64,000 nucleotides of DNA from Eledone cirrhosa (GCA_964016885.1 OZ024741.1:11842001-11906000); one strand, 5' to 3'. Numbered from the stretch's first letter, positions 15,001-28,270 are shown. A program made the numbers and translations. Notes: generated from the sequence alone by a model not told the origin.

Positions 15001-18000
15001 TATGTATGTGTCTGTGTCACTATATGTATGTCTCTGTGTCACTATATGTATGTGTCTGTGTCACTATATGTATGTGTCTGTGTCACTATATGTATGTGTC
15101 TGTGTCACTATATGTATGTGTCTGTGTCACTATATGTATGTGTCTGTGTCACTATATGTTTGTGTCTGTGTCACTATATATATGTGTCTGTGTCACTATA
15201 TGTATGTCTCTGTGTCACTATATGTATGTGTGTCTGTGTCACTATATGTATGTGTCTGTGTCACTATATGTATGTGTCTGTGTCACTATATGTTTGTGTC
15301 TGTGTCACTATATGTATGTGTCTGTGTCACTATATGTACGTGTCTGTGTCACTATATGTATGTGTCTGTGTCACTATATGTATGTGTCTGTGTCACTATA
15401 TGTATGTCTCTGTGTCACTATATGTATGTGTCTGTGTCACTATATGTATGTGTCTGTGTCACTATATGTTTATCTCTGTGTTTCTATATGTATGTGTCTG
15501 TGTCACTATATGTATGTGTCTGTGTCACTGTATGTATGTGTCTGTGTCACTATATGTATCTGTCTGTGTCACTATATGTATGTGTCTGTGTCACTATATG
15601 TTTGTGTCTGTGTCACTATATGTATGTGTCTGTGTCACTATATGTATGTGTCTGTGTCACTATATGTATGTCTCTGTGTCACTATATGTATGTGTCTGTG
15701 TCACTATATGTATGTGTATGTGTCACTATATGTATGTGTCTGTGTCACTATATGTATGTGTCTGTGTCACTATATGTATGTGTCTGTGTCACTATATGTA
15801 TGTGTCTGTGTCACTATATGTATGTGTCTGTGTCACTATAAGTATGTGTATGTGTCACTATATGTATGTGTCTGTGGCACTATATGTATGTTTCTGTGTC
15901 ACTATATGTATGTGTCTGTGTCACTATATATATGTGTCTGTGTCACTATATGTATGTGTCTGTGTCACTATATGTATGTCTCTGTGTCACTGTATGTTTG
16001 TGTCTCTGTCACCATATGTATGTGTCTGTGTCACTATATGTATGTGTCTGTGTCACTATATGTATGTGTCTGTGTCACTATATGTATGTGTCTGTGTCAC
16101 TATATGTATGTGTCTGTGTCACTATATGTATGTGTCTGTGTCACTATATGTATGTGTCTGTGTCACTATATGTATGTGTCTGTGTCACAGTATGTATGTG
16201 TCTGTGTCACTATATGTATCTGTCTGTGTCACTATATGTATGTGTCTGTGTCACTATATGTATGTCTCCGTGTCACTGTATGTTTGTGTCTGTGTCACTA
16301 TATGTATGTCTCTGTGTCACTGTATGTATCTGTCTGTGTCACTATATGTATGTGTCTGTGTCACTATATGTATGTGTCTGTGTCACTATATGTTTGTGTC
16401 TGTGTCACTATATGTATGTGTCTGTGTCACTATATGTATGTCTCTGTGTCACTATGTGTATGTGTCTGTGTCACTATATGTATGTGTCTGTGTCAGAATA
16501 TGTATGTGTCTGTGTCACTATATGTATGTGTCTGTGTCACTATATGTATGTGTCTGTGTCACTATATGTTTGTGTCTGTGTCACTATATGTATGTCTCTG
16601 TGTCACTATGTGTATGTCTCTGTGTCACTATATGTATGTGTCTGTGTCACAGTATGTATGTGTCTGTGTCACTATATGTATGTGTCTGTGTCACTATATG
16701 TATGTGTCTGTGTCACTATATGTATGTCTCTGTGTCACTGTATGTATGTGTCTGTGTCACTATATGTATGTCTCTGTGTCACTGTATGTATCTGTCTGTG
16801 TCACTATATGTTTGTGTCTGTGTCACTATATGTATGTGTCTGTGTCACTATCTGTATGTCTCTGTGTCACTATGTGTATGTGTCTGTGTCACTATATGTA
16901 TGTGTCTGTGTCAGAATATGTATGTGTCTGTGTCACTATATGTATGTGTATGTGTCACTATATGTATGTGTCTGTGTCACTATATGTTTGTGTCTGTGTC
17001 ACTATATGTATGTCTCTGTGTCACTATGTGTATTTCTCTGTGTCACTATATGTATGTGTCTGTGTCACTATATGTATGTGTCTGTGTCACTATATGTATG
17101 TGTCTGTGTCACTATATGTATGTCTCTGTGTCACTGTATGTTTGTGTCTGTGTCACTATATGTATCTGTCTGTGTCACTATATGTATGTGTCTGTGTCAC
17201 TATATGTATGTGTCTGTGTCACTATATGTATGTCTCTGTGTCACTATATGTATGTGTCTGTGTCACTATATGTATGTCTCTGTGTCACTGTATGTTTGTG
17301 TCTGTGTCACTATATGTATCTGTCTGTGTCACTATATGTATGTGTCTGTGTCACTATATGTATGTGTCTGTGTCACTATATGTATGTGTCTGTGTCACTA
17401 TATGTATGTGTCTGTGTCACTATATGTATGTGTCTGTGTCACTATATGTATGTGTCTGTGTCACTATATGTATGTGTCTGTGTCACTATATGTATGTGTC
17501 TGTGTCACTATATGTATGTCTCTGTGTCACTATATGTATGTGTCTGTGTCACTATATGTATGTGTCTGTGTCACTATATGTATGTGCCTGTGTCACTATA
17601 TGTATGTGTCTGTGTCACTATATGTATGTGTCTGTGTCACTATATGTATGTGTCTGTGTCACTATATGTTTGTGTCTGTGTCACTATATATATGTGTCTG
17701 TGTCACTATATGTATGTCTCTGTGTCACTATGTGTATGTCTCTGTGTCACTATATGTATGTGTCTGTGTCACTATATGTATGTGTCTGTGTCACTATATG
17801 TATGTGTTTGTGTCACTATATGTATGTCTCTGTGTCACTGTATGTTTGTGTCTGTGTCACTATATGTATCTGTCTGTGTCACTATATGTATGTGTCTGTG
17901 TCACTATATGTATGTGTCTGTGTCACTATATGTTTGTGTCTGTGTCACTATATGTATGTGTCTGTGTCACTATCTGTATGTCTCTGTGTCACTATGTGTA

Positions 18001-21000
18001 TGTGTCTGTGTCACTATATGTATGTGTCTGTGTCAGTATATGTATGTGACTGTGTCACTATATGTATGTGTCTGTGTCACTAAATGTATGTGTCTGTGTC
18101 ACTATATGTATGTGTCTGTGTCACTATATGTATGTGTCTGTGTCACTATATGTATGTGTCTGTTTCACTATATGTATGTGTCTGTGTCACTATATGTATG
18201 TGTCTGTGTCACTATATGTATGTGTCTGTGTCACTATATGTATGTGTCTGTGTCACTATATGTATGTGTCTGTCACTATATGTATGTGTCTGTGTCACTA
18301 TATGTATGTCTCTGTGTCACTATATGTATGTGTCTGTGTCACTATATGTATGTGTCTGTGTCACTATATGTATGTGTCTGTGTCACTATATGTATGTGTC
18401 TGTGTCACTATATGTATGTGTCTGTGTCACTATATGTTTGTGTCTGTGTCACTATATATATGTGTCTGTGTCACTATATGTATGTCTCTGTGTCACTATA
18501 TGTATGTGTGTCTGTGTCACTATATGTATGTGTCTGTGTCACTATATGTATATGTCTGTGTCACTATATGTTTGTGTCTGTGTCACTATATGTATGTGTC
18601 TGTGTCACTATATGTACGTGTCTGTGTCACTATATGTATGTGTCTGTGTCACTATATGTATGTGTCTGTGTCACTATATGTATGTCTCTGTGTCACTATA
18701 TGTATGTGTCTGTGTCACTATATGTATGTGTCTGTGTCACTATATGTTTATCTCTGTGTTTCTATATGTATGTGTCTGTGTCACTATATGTATGTGTCTG
18801 TGTCACTGTATGCATGTGTCTGTGTCACTATATGTATGTGTCTGTCACTATATGTATGTGTCTGTGTCACTACATGTATGTCTCTGTGTCACTATATGTA
18901 TGTGTCTGTGTCACTATATGTATGTCTCTGTGTCACTATATGTATGTGTCTGTGTCACTATATGTATGTGTCTGTGTCACTGTATGTATGTGTCTGTGTC
19001 ACTATATATATGTCTCTGTGTCACTATGTGTATGTGTCTGTGTCACTATATGTATGTGTCTGTGTCAGAATATGTATGTGTCTGTGTCACTATATGTATG
19101 TGTCTGTGTCACTATATGTATGTGTCTGTGTCACTATATGTTTGTGTCTGTGTCACTATATGTATGTCTCTGTGTCACTATGTGTATGTCTCTGTGTCAC
19201 TATATGTATGTGTCTGTGTCACAGTATGTATGTGTCTGTGTCACTATATGTATGTGTCTGTGTCACTATATGTATGTGTCTGTGTCACTATATGTATGTC
19301 TCTGTGTCACTGTATGTATGTGTCTGTGTCACTATATGTATGTCTCTGTGTCACTGTATGTATCTGTCTGTGTCACTATATGTTTGTGTCTGTGTCACTA
19401 TATGTATGTGTCTGTGTCACTATCTGTATGTCTCTGTGTCACTATGTGTATGTGTCTGTGTCACTATATGTATGTGTCTGTGTCAGAATATGTATGTGTC
19501 TGTGTCACTATATGTATGTGTATGTGTCACTATATGTATGTGTCTGTGTCACTATATGTTTGTGTCTGTGTCACTATATGTATGTCTCTGTGTCACTATG
19601 TGTATGTCTCTGTGTCACTATATGTATGTGTCTGTGTCACTATATGTATGTGTCTGTGTCACTATATGTATGTGTCTGTGTCACTATATGTATGTCTATG
19701 TGTCACTGTATGTTTGTGTCTGTGTCACTATATGTATCTGTCTGTGTCACTATATGTATGTGTCTGTGTCACTATATGTATGTGTCTGTGTCACTATATG
19801 TATGTCTCTGTGTCACTATATGTATGTGTCTGTGTCACTATATGTATGTCTCTGTGTCACTGTATGTTTGTGTCTGTGTCACTATATGTATCTGTCTGTG
19901 TCACTATATGTATGTGTCTGTGTCACTATATGTATGTGTCTGTGTCACTATATGTATGTGTCTGTGTCACTATATGTATGTGTCTGTGTCACTATATGTA
20001 TGTGTCTGTGTCACTATATGTATGTGTCTGTGTCACTATATGTATGTGTCTGTGTCACTATATGTATGTGTCTGTGTCACTATATGTATGTCTCTGTGTC
20101 ACTATATGTATGTGTCTGTGTCACTATATGTATGTGTCTGTGTCACTATATGTATGTGCCTGTGTCACTATATGTATGTGTCTGTGTCAGAATATGTATG
20201 TGTCTGTGTCACTATATGTATGTGTCTGTGTCACTATATGTATATGTCTGTGTCACTATATGTTTGTGTCTGTGTCACTATATGTATGTCTCTGTGTCAC
20301 TATGTGTATGTCTCTGTGTCACTATATGTATGTGTCTGTGTCACTATATGTATGTGTCTGTGTCACTATATGTATGTGTTTGTGTCACTATATGTATGTC
20401 TCTGTGTCACTGTATGTTTGTGTCTGTGTCACTATATGTATCTGTCTGTGTCACTATATGTATGTGTCTGTGTCACTATATGTATGTGTCTGTGTCACTA
20501 TATGTTTGTGTCTGTGTCACTATATGTATGTGTCTGTGTCACTATCTGTATGTCTCTGTGTCACTATGTGTATGTGTCTGTGTCACTAAATGTATGTGTC
20601 TGTGTCACTATATCTATGTGTCTGTGTCACTATATGTATGTGTCTGTGTCACTATATGTATGTGTCTGTTTCACTATATGTATGTGTCTGTGTCACTATA
20701 TGTATGTGTCTGTGTCACTATATGTATGTGTCTGTGTCACTATATGTATGTGTCTGTGTCACTATATGTATGTGTCTGTCACTATATGTATGTGTCTGTG
20801 TCACTATATGTATGTCTCTGTGTCACTATATGTATGTGTCTGTGTCACTATATGTATGTGTCTGTGTCACTATATGTATGTGTCTGTGTCACTATATGTA
20901 TGTGTCTGTGTCACTATATGTATGTGTCTGTGTCACTATATGTTTGTGTCTGTGTCACTATATATATGTGTCTGTGTCACTATATGTATGTCTCTGTGTC

Positions 21001-24000
21001 ACTATATGTATGTGTGTCTGTGTCACTATATGTATGTGTCTGTGTCACTATATGTATGTGTCTGTGTCACTATATGTTTGTGTCTGTGTCACTATATGTA
21101 TGTGTCTGTGTCACTATATGTACGTGTCTGTGTCACTATATGTATGTGTCTGTGTCACTATATGTATGTGTCTGTGTCACTATATGTATGTCTCTGTGTC
21201 ACTATATGTATGTGTCTGTGTCACTATATGTATGTGTCTGTGTCACTATATGTTTATCTCTGTGTTTCTATATGTATGTGTCTGTGTCACTATATGTATG
21301 TGTCTGTGTCACTGTATGTATGTGTCTGTGTCACTATATGTATCTGTCTGTGTCACTATATGTATGTGTCTGTGTCACTATATGTTTGTGTCTGTGTCAC
21401 TATATGTATGTGTCTGTGTCACTATATGTATGTGTCTGTGTCACTATATGTATGTCTCTGTGTCACTATATGTATGTGTCTGTGTCACTATATGTATGTG
21501 TATGTGTCACTATATGTATGTGTCTGTGTCACTATATGTATGTGTCTGTGTCACTATATGTATGTGTCTGTGTCACTATATGTATGTGTCTGTGTCACTA
21601 TATGTATGTGTCTGTGTCACTATAAGTATGTGTATGTGTCACTATATGTATGTGTCTGTGGCACTATATGTATGTTTCTGTGTCACTATATGTATGTGTC
21701 TGTGTCACTATATATATGTGTCTGTGTCACTATATGTATGTGTCTGTGTCACTATATGTATGTCTCTGTGTCACTGTATGTTTGTGTCTCTGTCACCATA
21801 TGTATGTGTCTGTGTCACTATATGTATGTGTCTGTGTCACTATATGTATGTGTCTGTGTCACTATATGTATGTGTCTGTGTCACTATATGTATGTGTCTG
21901 TGTCACTATATGTATGTGTCTGTGTCACTATATGTATGTGTCTGTGTCACTATATGTATGTGTCTGTGTCACAGTATGTATGTGTCTGTGTCACTATATG
22001 TATCTGTCTGTGTCACTATATGTATGTGTCTGTGTCACTATATGTATGTCTCCGTGTCACTGTATGTTTGTGTCTGTGTCACTATATGTATGTCTCTGTG
22101 TCACTGTATGTATCTGTCTGTGTCACTATATGTATGTGTCTGTGTCACTATATGTATGTGTCTGTGTCACTATATGTTTGTGTCTGTGTCACTATATGTA
22201 TGTGTCTGTGTCACTATATGTATGTCTCTGTGTCACTATGTGTATGTGTCTGTGTCACTATATGTATGTGTCTGTGTCAGAATATGTATGTGTCTGTGTC
22301 ACTATATGTATGTGTCTGTGTCACTATATGTATGTGTCTGTGTCACTATATGTTTGTGTCTGTGTCACTATATGTATGTCTCTGTGTCACTATGTGTATG
22401 TCTCTGTGTCACTATATGTATGTGTCTGTGTCACAGTATGTATGTGTCTGTGTCACTATATGTATGTGTCTGTGTCACTATATGTATGTGTCTGTGTCAC
22501 TATATGTATGTCTCTGTGTCACTGTATGTATGTGTCTGTGTCACTATATGTATGTCTCTGTGTCACTGTATGTATCTGTCTGTGTCACTATATGTTTGTG
22601 TCTGTGTCACTATATGTATGTGTCTGTGTCACTATCTGTATGTCTCTGTGTCACTATGTGTATGTGTCTGTGTCACTATATGTATGTGTCTGTGTCAGAA
22701 TATGTATGTGTCTGTGTCACTATATGTATGTGTATGTGTCACTATATGTATGTGTCTGTGTCACTATATGTTTGTGTCTGTGTCACTATATGTATGTCTC
22801 TGTGTCACTATGTGTATTTCTCTGTGTCACTATATGTATGTGTCTGTGTCACTATATGTATGTGTCTGTGTCACTATATGTATGTGTCTGTGTCACTATA
22901 TGTATGTCTCTGTGTCACTGTATGTTTGTGTCTGTGTCACTATATGTATCTGTCTGTGTCACTATATGTATGTGTCTGTGTCACTATATGTATGTGTCTG
23001 TGTCACTATATGTATGTCTCTGTGTCACTATATGTATGTGTCTGTGTCACTATATGTATGTCTCTGTGTCACTGTATGTTTGTGTCTGTGTCACTATATG
23101 TATCTGTCTGTGTCACTATATGTATGTGTCTGTGTCACTATATGTATGTGTCTGTGTCACTATATGTATGTGTCTGTGTCACTATATGTATGTGTCTGTG
23201 TCACTATATGTATGTGTCTGTGTCACTATATGTATGTGTCTGTGTCACTATATGTATGTGTCTGTGTCACTATATGTATGTGTCTGTGTCACTATATGTA
23301 TGTCTCTGTGTCACTATATGTATGTGTCTGTGTCACTATATGTATGTGTCTGTGTCACTATATGTATGTGCCTGTGTCACTATATGTATGTGTCTGTGTC
23401 ACTATATGTATGTGTCTGTGTCACTATATGTATGTGTCTGTGTCACTATATGTTTGTGTCTGTGTCACTATATATATGTGTCTGTGTCACTATATGTATG
23501 TCTCTGTGTCACTATGTGTATGTCTCTGTGTCACTATATGTATGTGTCTGTGTCACTATATGTATGTGTCTGTGTCACTATATGTATGTGTTTGTGTCAC
23601 TATATGTATGTCTCTGTGTCACTGTATGTTTGTGTCTGTGTCACTATATGTATCTGTCTGTGTCACTATATGTATGTGTCTGTGTCACTATATGTATGTG
23701 TCTGTGTCACTATATGTTTGTGTCTGTGTCACTATATGTATGTGTCTGTGTCACTATCTGTATGTCTCTGTGTCACTATGTGTATGTGTCTGTGTCACTA
23801 TATGTATGTGTCTGTGTCAGTATATGTATGTGACTGTGTCACTATATGTATGTGTCTGTGTCACTAAATGTATGTGTCTGTGTCACTATATGTATGTGTC
23901 TGTGTCACTATATGTATGTGTCTGTGTCACTATATGTATGTGTCTGTTTCACTATATGTATGTGTCTGTGTCACTATATGTATGTGTCTGTGTCACTATA

Positions 24001-25150
24001 TGTATGTGTCTGTGTCACTATATGTATGTGTCTGTGTCACTATATGTATGTGTCTGTCACTATATGTATGTGTCTGTGTCACTATATGTATGTCTCTGTG
24101 TCACTATATGTATGTGTCTGTGTCACTATATGTATGTGTCTGTGTCACTATATGTATGTGTCTGTGTCACTATATGTATGTGTCTGTGTCACTATATGTA
24201 TGTGTCTGTGTCACTATATGTTTGTGTCTGTGTCACTATATATATGTGTCTGTGTCACTATATGTATGTCTCTGTGTCACTATATGTATGTGTGTCTGTG
24301 TCACTATATGTATGTGTCTGTGTCACTATATGTATATGTCTGTGTCACTATATGTTTGTGTCTGTGTCACTATATGTATGTGTCTGTGTCACTATATGTA
24401 CGTGTCTGTGTCACTATATGTATGTGTCTGTGTCACTATATGTATGTGTCTGTGTCACTATATGTATGTCTCTGTGTCACTATATGTATGTGTCTGTGTC
24501 ACTATATGTATGTGTCTGTGTCACTATATGTTTATCTCTGTGTTTCTATATGTATGTGTCTGTGTCACTATATGTATGTGTCTGTGTCACTGTATGCATG
24601 TGTCTGTGTCACTATATGTATGTGTCTGTCACTATATGTATGTGTCTGTGTCACTACATGTATGTCTCTGTGTCACTATATGTATGTGTCTGTGTCACTA
24701 TATGTATGTCTCTGTGTCACTATATGTATGTGTCTGTGTCACTATATGTATGTGTCTGTGTCACTGTATGTATGTGTCTGTGTCACTATATATATGTGTC
24801 TGTGTCACTATATGTATGTGTCTGTGTCACTATATGTATGTGTCTGTGTCACTATATGTATGTGTCTGTGTCACTATATGTATGTGTCTGTGTCACTATA
24901 TGTATGTGTCTGTGTCATTATATGTATGTGTCTGTGTCACTATATGTATGTGTCTGTGTCACTATATGTATGTGTCTGTGTCACTATATGTATGTCTCTG
25001 TGTCACTATATGTATGTGTCTGTGTCACTATATGTATGTGTCTGTGTCACTATATGTATGTGTCTGTGTCACTATATGTATGTCTCTGTGTCACTATATG
25101 TATGTGTCTGTGTCACTATATGTTTGTGTGCCTGTGTCACTGTATGTATG
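1..25150. repeat. Satellite array A, 22-bp monomer TGTGTCACTATATGTATGTGTC (~1,140 copies in window; open at left edge)
   Basis: Monomer read directly and 22-bp period held throughout. Recurrent point variants (CTCTG, ACTGTA, TGTTTG, CAGAATA, ACAGTA) and rare +/-2 bp TG indels. Confidence 0.99.
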
Positions 25151-25435
25151 TGTGTCTGTGTGTGTGTGTCTATGTGTTTTTTTATATTTGTGTTCTATGT
25201 GTTTATATGTGTGGGCCTGTGTGTCTGCCTATATGCCTTTGTGTATGTGTGTATGTGCCTCTGTGTATATGTGTCTCTGTGTATTCGTGTCTGTGTGTAC
25301 GTGTCTGTATGCCTGTGTGTTTATGTGTACGTATATCTGTGTGCCGGCGTGTCTGTGTGTATCTGTGTATCTGTGTGCAAGTGTGTATGTGTATTAGTAT
25401 GTCTACGGGCTTCTCTATCTGTATGTCTTATTGTC
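25141..25435. repeat. Degenerate TG/TATG/TCTG low-complexity tract at the satellite A border
   Basis: The 22-bp period is lost after ~25150 but the same TGTG/TATG/TCTG vocabulary continues to ~25435. Confidence 0.9.
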
Positions 25436-25454
25436 TATAATATAATTATGTAAA

Positions 25455-25615
25455 CGATTCCTCCGTCGGTTTCAATGATGATTGTTCTAATTGTTTCATC
25501 AACTAAGGTGACTATTCATTGTATAAACGTATATAATACGTAATATTCCACAGACACGTGTTAACAGAATGCTCAGGTTAAATCAGCGAGACACAGTATG
25601 TGACGGGGAGGACAT
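25455..25615 (+). mobile_element. Possible old, diverged SINE-like fragment
   Basis: Segment TTCCACAGACACGTGTT...TCAGCGAGACACAGTATGTGAC resembles a recalled octopus interspersed repeat. Single copy in the window and not verified. Confidence 0.3.
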
Positions 25616-26454
25616 TAGTGTATCTCAATCAATCTTCTGGCAACAGCAATGATGTTTAAAAGAAAACCCTAGCTTATGAAAGGATAACAATCTACGATGT
25701 TTAACAGGCTGATTGTGAATATATTTTGTTGTGGACACCTTGAATGATGCAATGGCTGCCACTCAAATTAATCTTAACAGACGTAGATCACTTTTTATCT
25801 AGGTTTTCTGTATCTAAAATTGTTTGTGTCTATTCAAATGAGGCCAAATTTGAATGAGGTTTCGAATATTTTTACAATGGTATAATTGTGGAGTTGGTGT
25901 TGGTAGGCGAGGTCCTATATTGTAATGAAGGTTGGCGAGGAATTAAAGGTTTATCTAGGGTGTTGTGTTTTGTGGCTCTTTTCACCCTTATTCCAGGGTA
26001 TCTGCTGCTGCTGTTTTTTTTATAGAATTCTTTTATGTGTTCTCATGTCAAGGGTTATTGCAAGTGTATTTATAAGTATCATGCCTTATATCAGTTACTT
26101 GTTTTGCCTGTATATTCGAAAGTATACCGAAAGATTTGCTATATACTTTGTTCATATTTCTTATTCTTTTCTTTTTTATTCTATTTTGATGAACATTTCA
26201 GCCGCCCGTCTGAGTGTGGAGCCCCACGAGGTGGGGTGGCTGATGTAGCGAGTGTCGCTGGCCATTGTCCGCGGAAATACCTTTACAGTTTTGTTCACGG
26301 AGCGCAGCCGGAACACCACCCCGCGCCAGACATAGAGCCTGTAACCCTCTCTCCCTTCTCCCTCTCTTTCTTCCGTGGCCTAAGAGTCCTTTCCCTCCTT
26401 TTCTTCTAATTCCTAGTCCTTTCCTTTACTTTCCTATACATAATCAAACACGCG

Positions 26455-26568
<114 letters not shown>

Positions 26569-27122
26569 ACCACCATAAACAGGCACAACATCTTGCCCTC
26601 ACAGTGACCTAAACTTGTCAAACACTGTCAACACAACTTCAACACGCCTTTCTGTGCTATATATCCCTCGCAACCTTCATTCTCAGTATGGTACACACAG
26701 TTACCCGATCTCCTACCTGGCCACATCATAAAATAATACTACACACCATTCCTGATAAGTCTGTGTCTTTGTAACCTTTACTTAGAGTGACAAAGACAAT
26801 AAGCTTTAAAGAATTAGCTTTTAAATAATTCCCCTTTCTTTAAACCCATCAACCATGACTGACCTCCAACCATCTTATAGGCACCTGGAATATAGGCATT
26901 GTTAGCTTAAGAGAAACTTAAAAATAAGGACTGGCACTCCAATTTGAACTTGTTTATAGAATTCTTTCTGTCTTGGTCACTCTAAATATAAATTATAGCT
27001 TTAAGGAAATAGCTTTTAATGAATTCCCTTTTCTTTCAACCAATGGCCTCCACCCATCCCACTCCCCACCCTCTCCTACCACCAGAAAAGATATAAATAC
27101 CACCATATTTACTTGGACAGTC

Positions 27123-27173
27123 AGATTCCTGATGATTTCTCACGAATGAAACAGTTCTAGTCCTGTAGAATCT
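27123..27173 (+). ncRNA. Type I hammerhead ribozyme motif, family A copy 1 (Penelope-like element type)
   Basis: Stem I AGATTC/GAATCT; core CTGATGA (27129-27135); stem II TTC-tcac-GAA with an unusual T.T closing position; GAAA; stem III ACAG/CTGT; GTA cleavage triplet at 27165-27167. Confidence 0.72.
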
Positions 27174-27279
27174 CTTCTATATTAAAACTGTATATATATA
27201 TATATAAGTTCAATCGGGGGTAACTCCAGTAAGTAAGGTACTCAATACAAAGCAGAGTATAAATATTTAATATAGAAAA

Positions 27280-27328
27280 GCTTCTACAGGACTAGAACTG
27301 TTTCATTCGTGAGAAATCATTAGGAAGC
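27280..27328 (-). ncRNA. Hammerhead motif family A copy 2 (inverted; core mutated to CTAATGA, probably inactive)
   Basis: Minus strand reads GCTTC CTAATGA TTTCTCACGAAT GAAA CAG TTCTAGTC CTG TA GAAGC. Stem I GCTTC/GAAGC covaries with copy 1 (GATTC/GAATC). Confidence 0.65.
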
Positions 27329-27391
27329 CTGATGATTTCTCCGGAATGAAACCGTTCTAGTCCTGTAGAAACCTTTCTACATTAAATATAT
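27329..27391 (+). ncRNA. Hammerhead motif family A copy 3 (5' stem I lost at junction, degenerate)
   Basis: CTGATGATTTCTCCGGAATGAAACCGTTCTAGTCCTGTAGAAACC is a diverged direct copy of 27129-27186 fused back-to-back with copy 2. Confidence 0.55.
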
Positions 27392-27443
27392 CTAAAATAA
27401 AGTTAAATAAAAGTCAAATGATTAAAATTTAGCTTCGTTTATT

Positions 27444-27498
27444 ACTGCTATATATATTTCAGTGACAGCCATCTTTGGCTGTGACCTCTTCAGGGAGT
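27444..27498 (-). ncRNA. Hammerhead motif family B, left-arm copy
   Basis: Minus strand reads ACTCC CTGAAGA GGTCACAGCCA-AAGA-TGGCTGTCACT GAAA TATATAT A GCAGT, with one stem I mismatch. Confidence 0.62.
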
Positions 27499-27671
27499 TT
27501 GAATTAGTATGGTATAGACAAGTACATATGTTGTTTAGGTGTATAATATTGTCAATACTCTGATATGCCCAGTTCCTTGTTGGGTTGATAATTCACTGAG
27601 GAACTGGAGTCATATTGACAATATTATACACCTAAACAACATGTGTACTCGTCTCTACCACACTAATTCAA

Positions 27672-27726
27672 ACTGCCTGAAGAGGTCACAGCCAAAGATG
27701 GCTATCACTGAAATATATATAGCAGT
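27672..27726 (+). ncRNA. Type I hammerhead ribozyme motif, family B, right-arm copy (palindromic minimal stem III, PLE type)
   Basis: Stem I ACTGC/GCAGT; core CTGAAGA; long stem II (AGCCA/TGGCT); GAAA; self-complementary ATATATAT stem III; ATA cleavage triplet; AATAAA immediately follows (27727-27732). Confidence 0.75.
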
Positions 27727-27897
27727 AATAAACGAAGTTAAATTTTAATCATTTGACTTTTATTTAACTTTATTTTACAATACTCCGGAGTAACCAAACC
27801 AACCTGCGCACTTCGTCGAGTGCTCCAGCCTGCATACTGAGGTGTTGGTATACAACCAACATAAACTCAAAATTTAAATATATATATATATATATAT

Positions 27898-28120
<223 letters not shown>

Positions 28121-28270
28121 TGTATGGTATGTTACCGTAACACCTGATGACATCTTAAAACCTGGCAATGCCCATCACCTCTCAATGTCTCAGTACAGCA
28201 GATTTTTTCCAGAAAACGATAGAAAGTGAGAGAGAGGAAATGAGAAAGTGATATAGACGAAGAAGCCCTC

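Larger units (their letters stand above)
27393..27777. repeat. Long inverted repeat with 165-bp arms (27393-27557 and 27613-27777) and a 55-bp spacer
   Basis: Arms are reverse complements with 7 mismatches by manual alignment. The spacer holds a further 9-bp pair, CCAGTTCCT/AGGAACTGG. Confidence 0.95.

Noticed and set aside
8-25453. Very long Cys/Val/Tyr/Met-rich ORFs (up to 2075 aa) in all three + frames
   Set aside because: The 22-bp monomer has no stop codon on the + strand, so every frame gives the same 22-aa cyclic peptide. Frames end only at sporadic variants. This is an artefact, not a gene.
28144-28175. CTGATGA at 28144 as a hammerhead core
   Set aside because: No stem II followed by GAAA, and no stem I/III pairing found.
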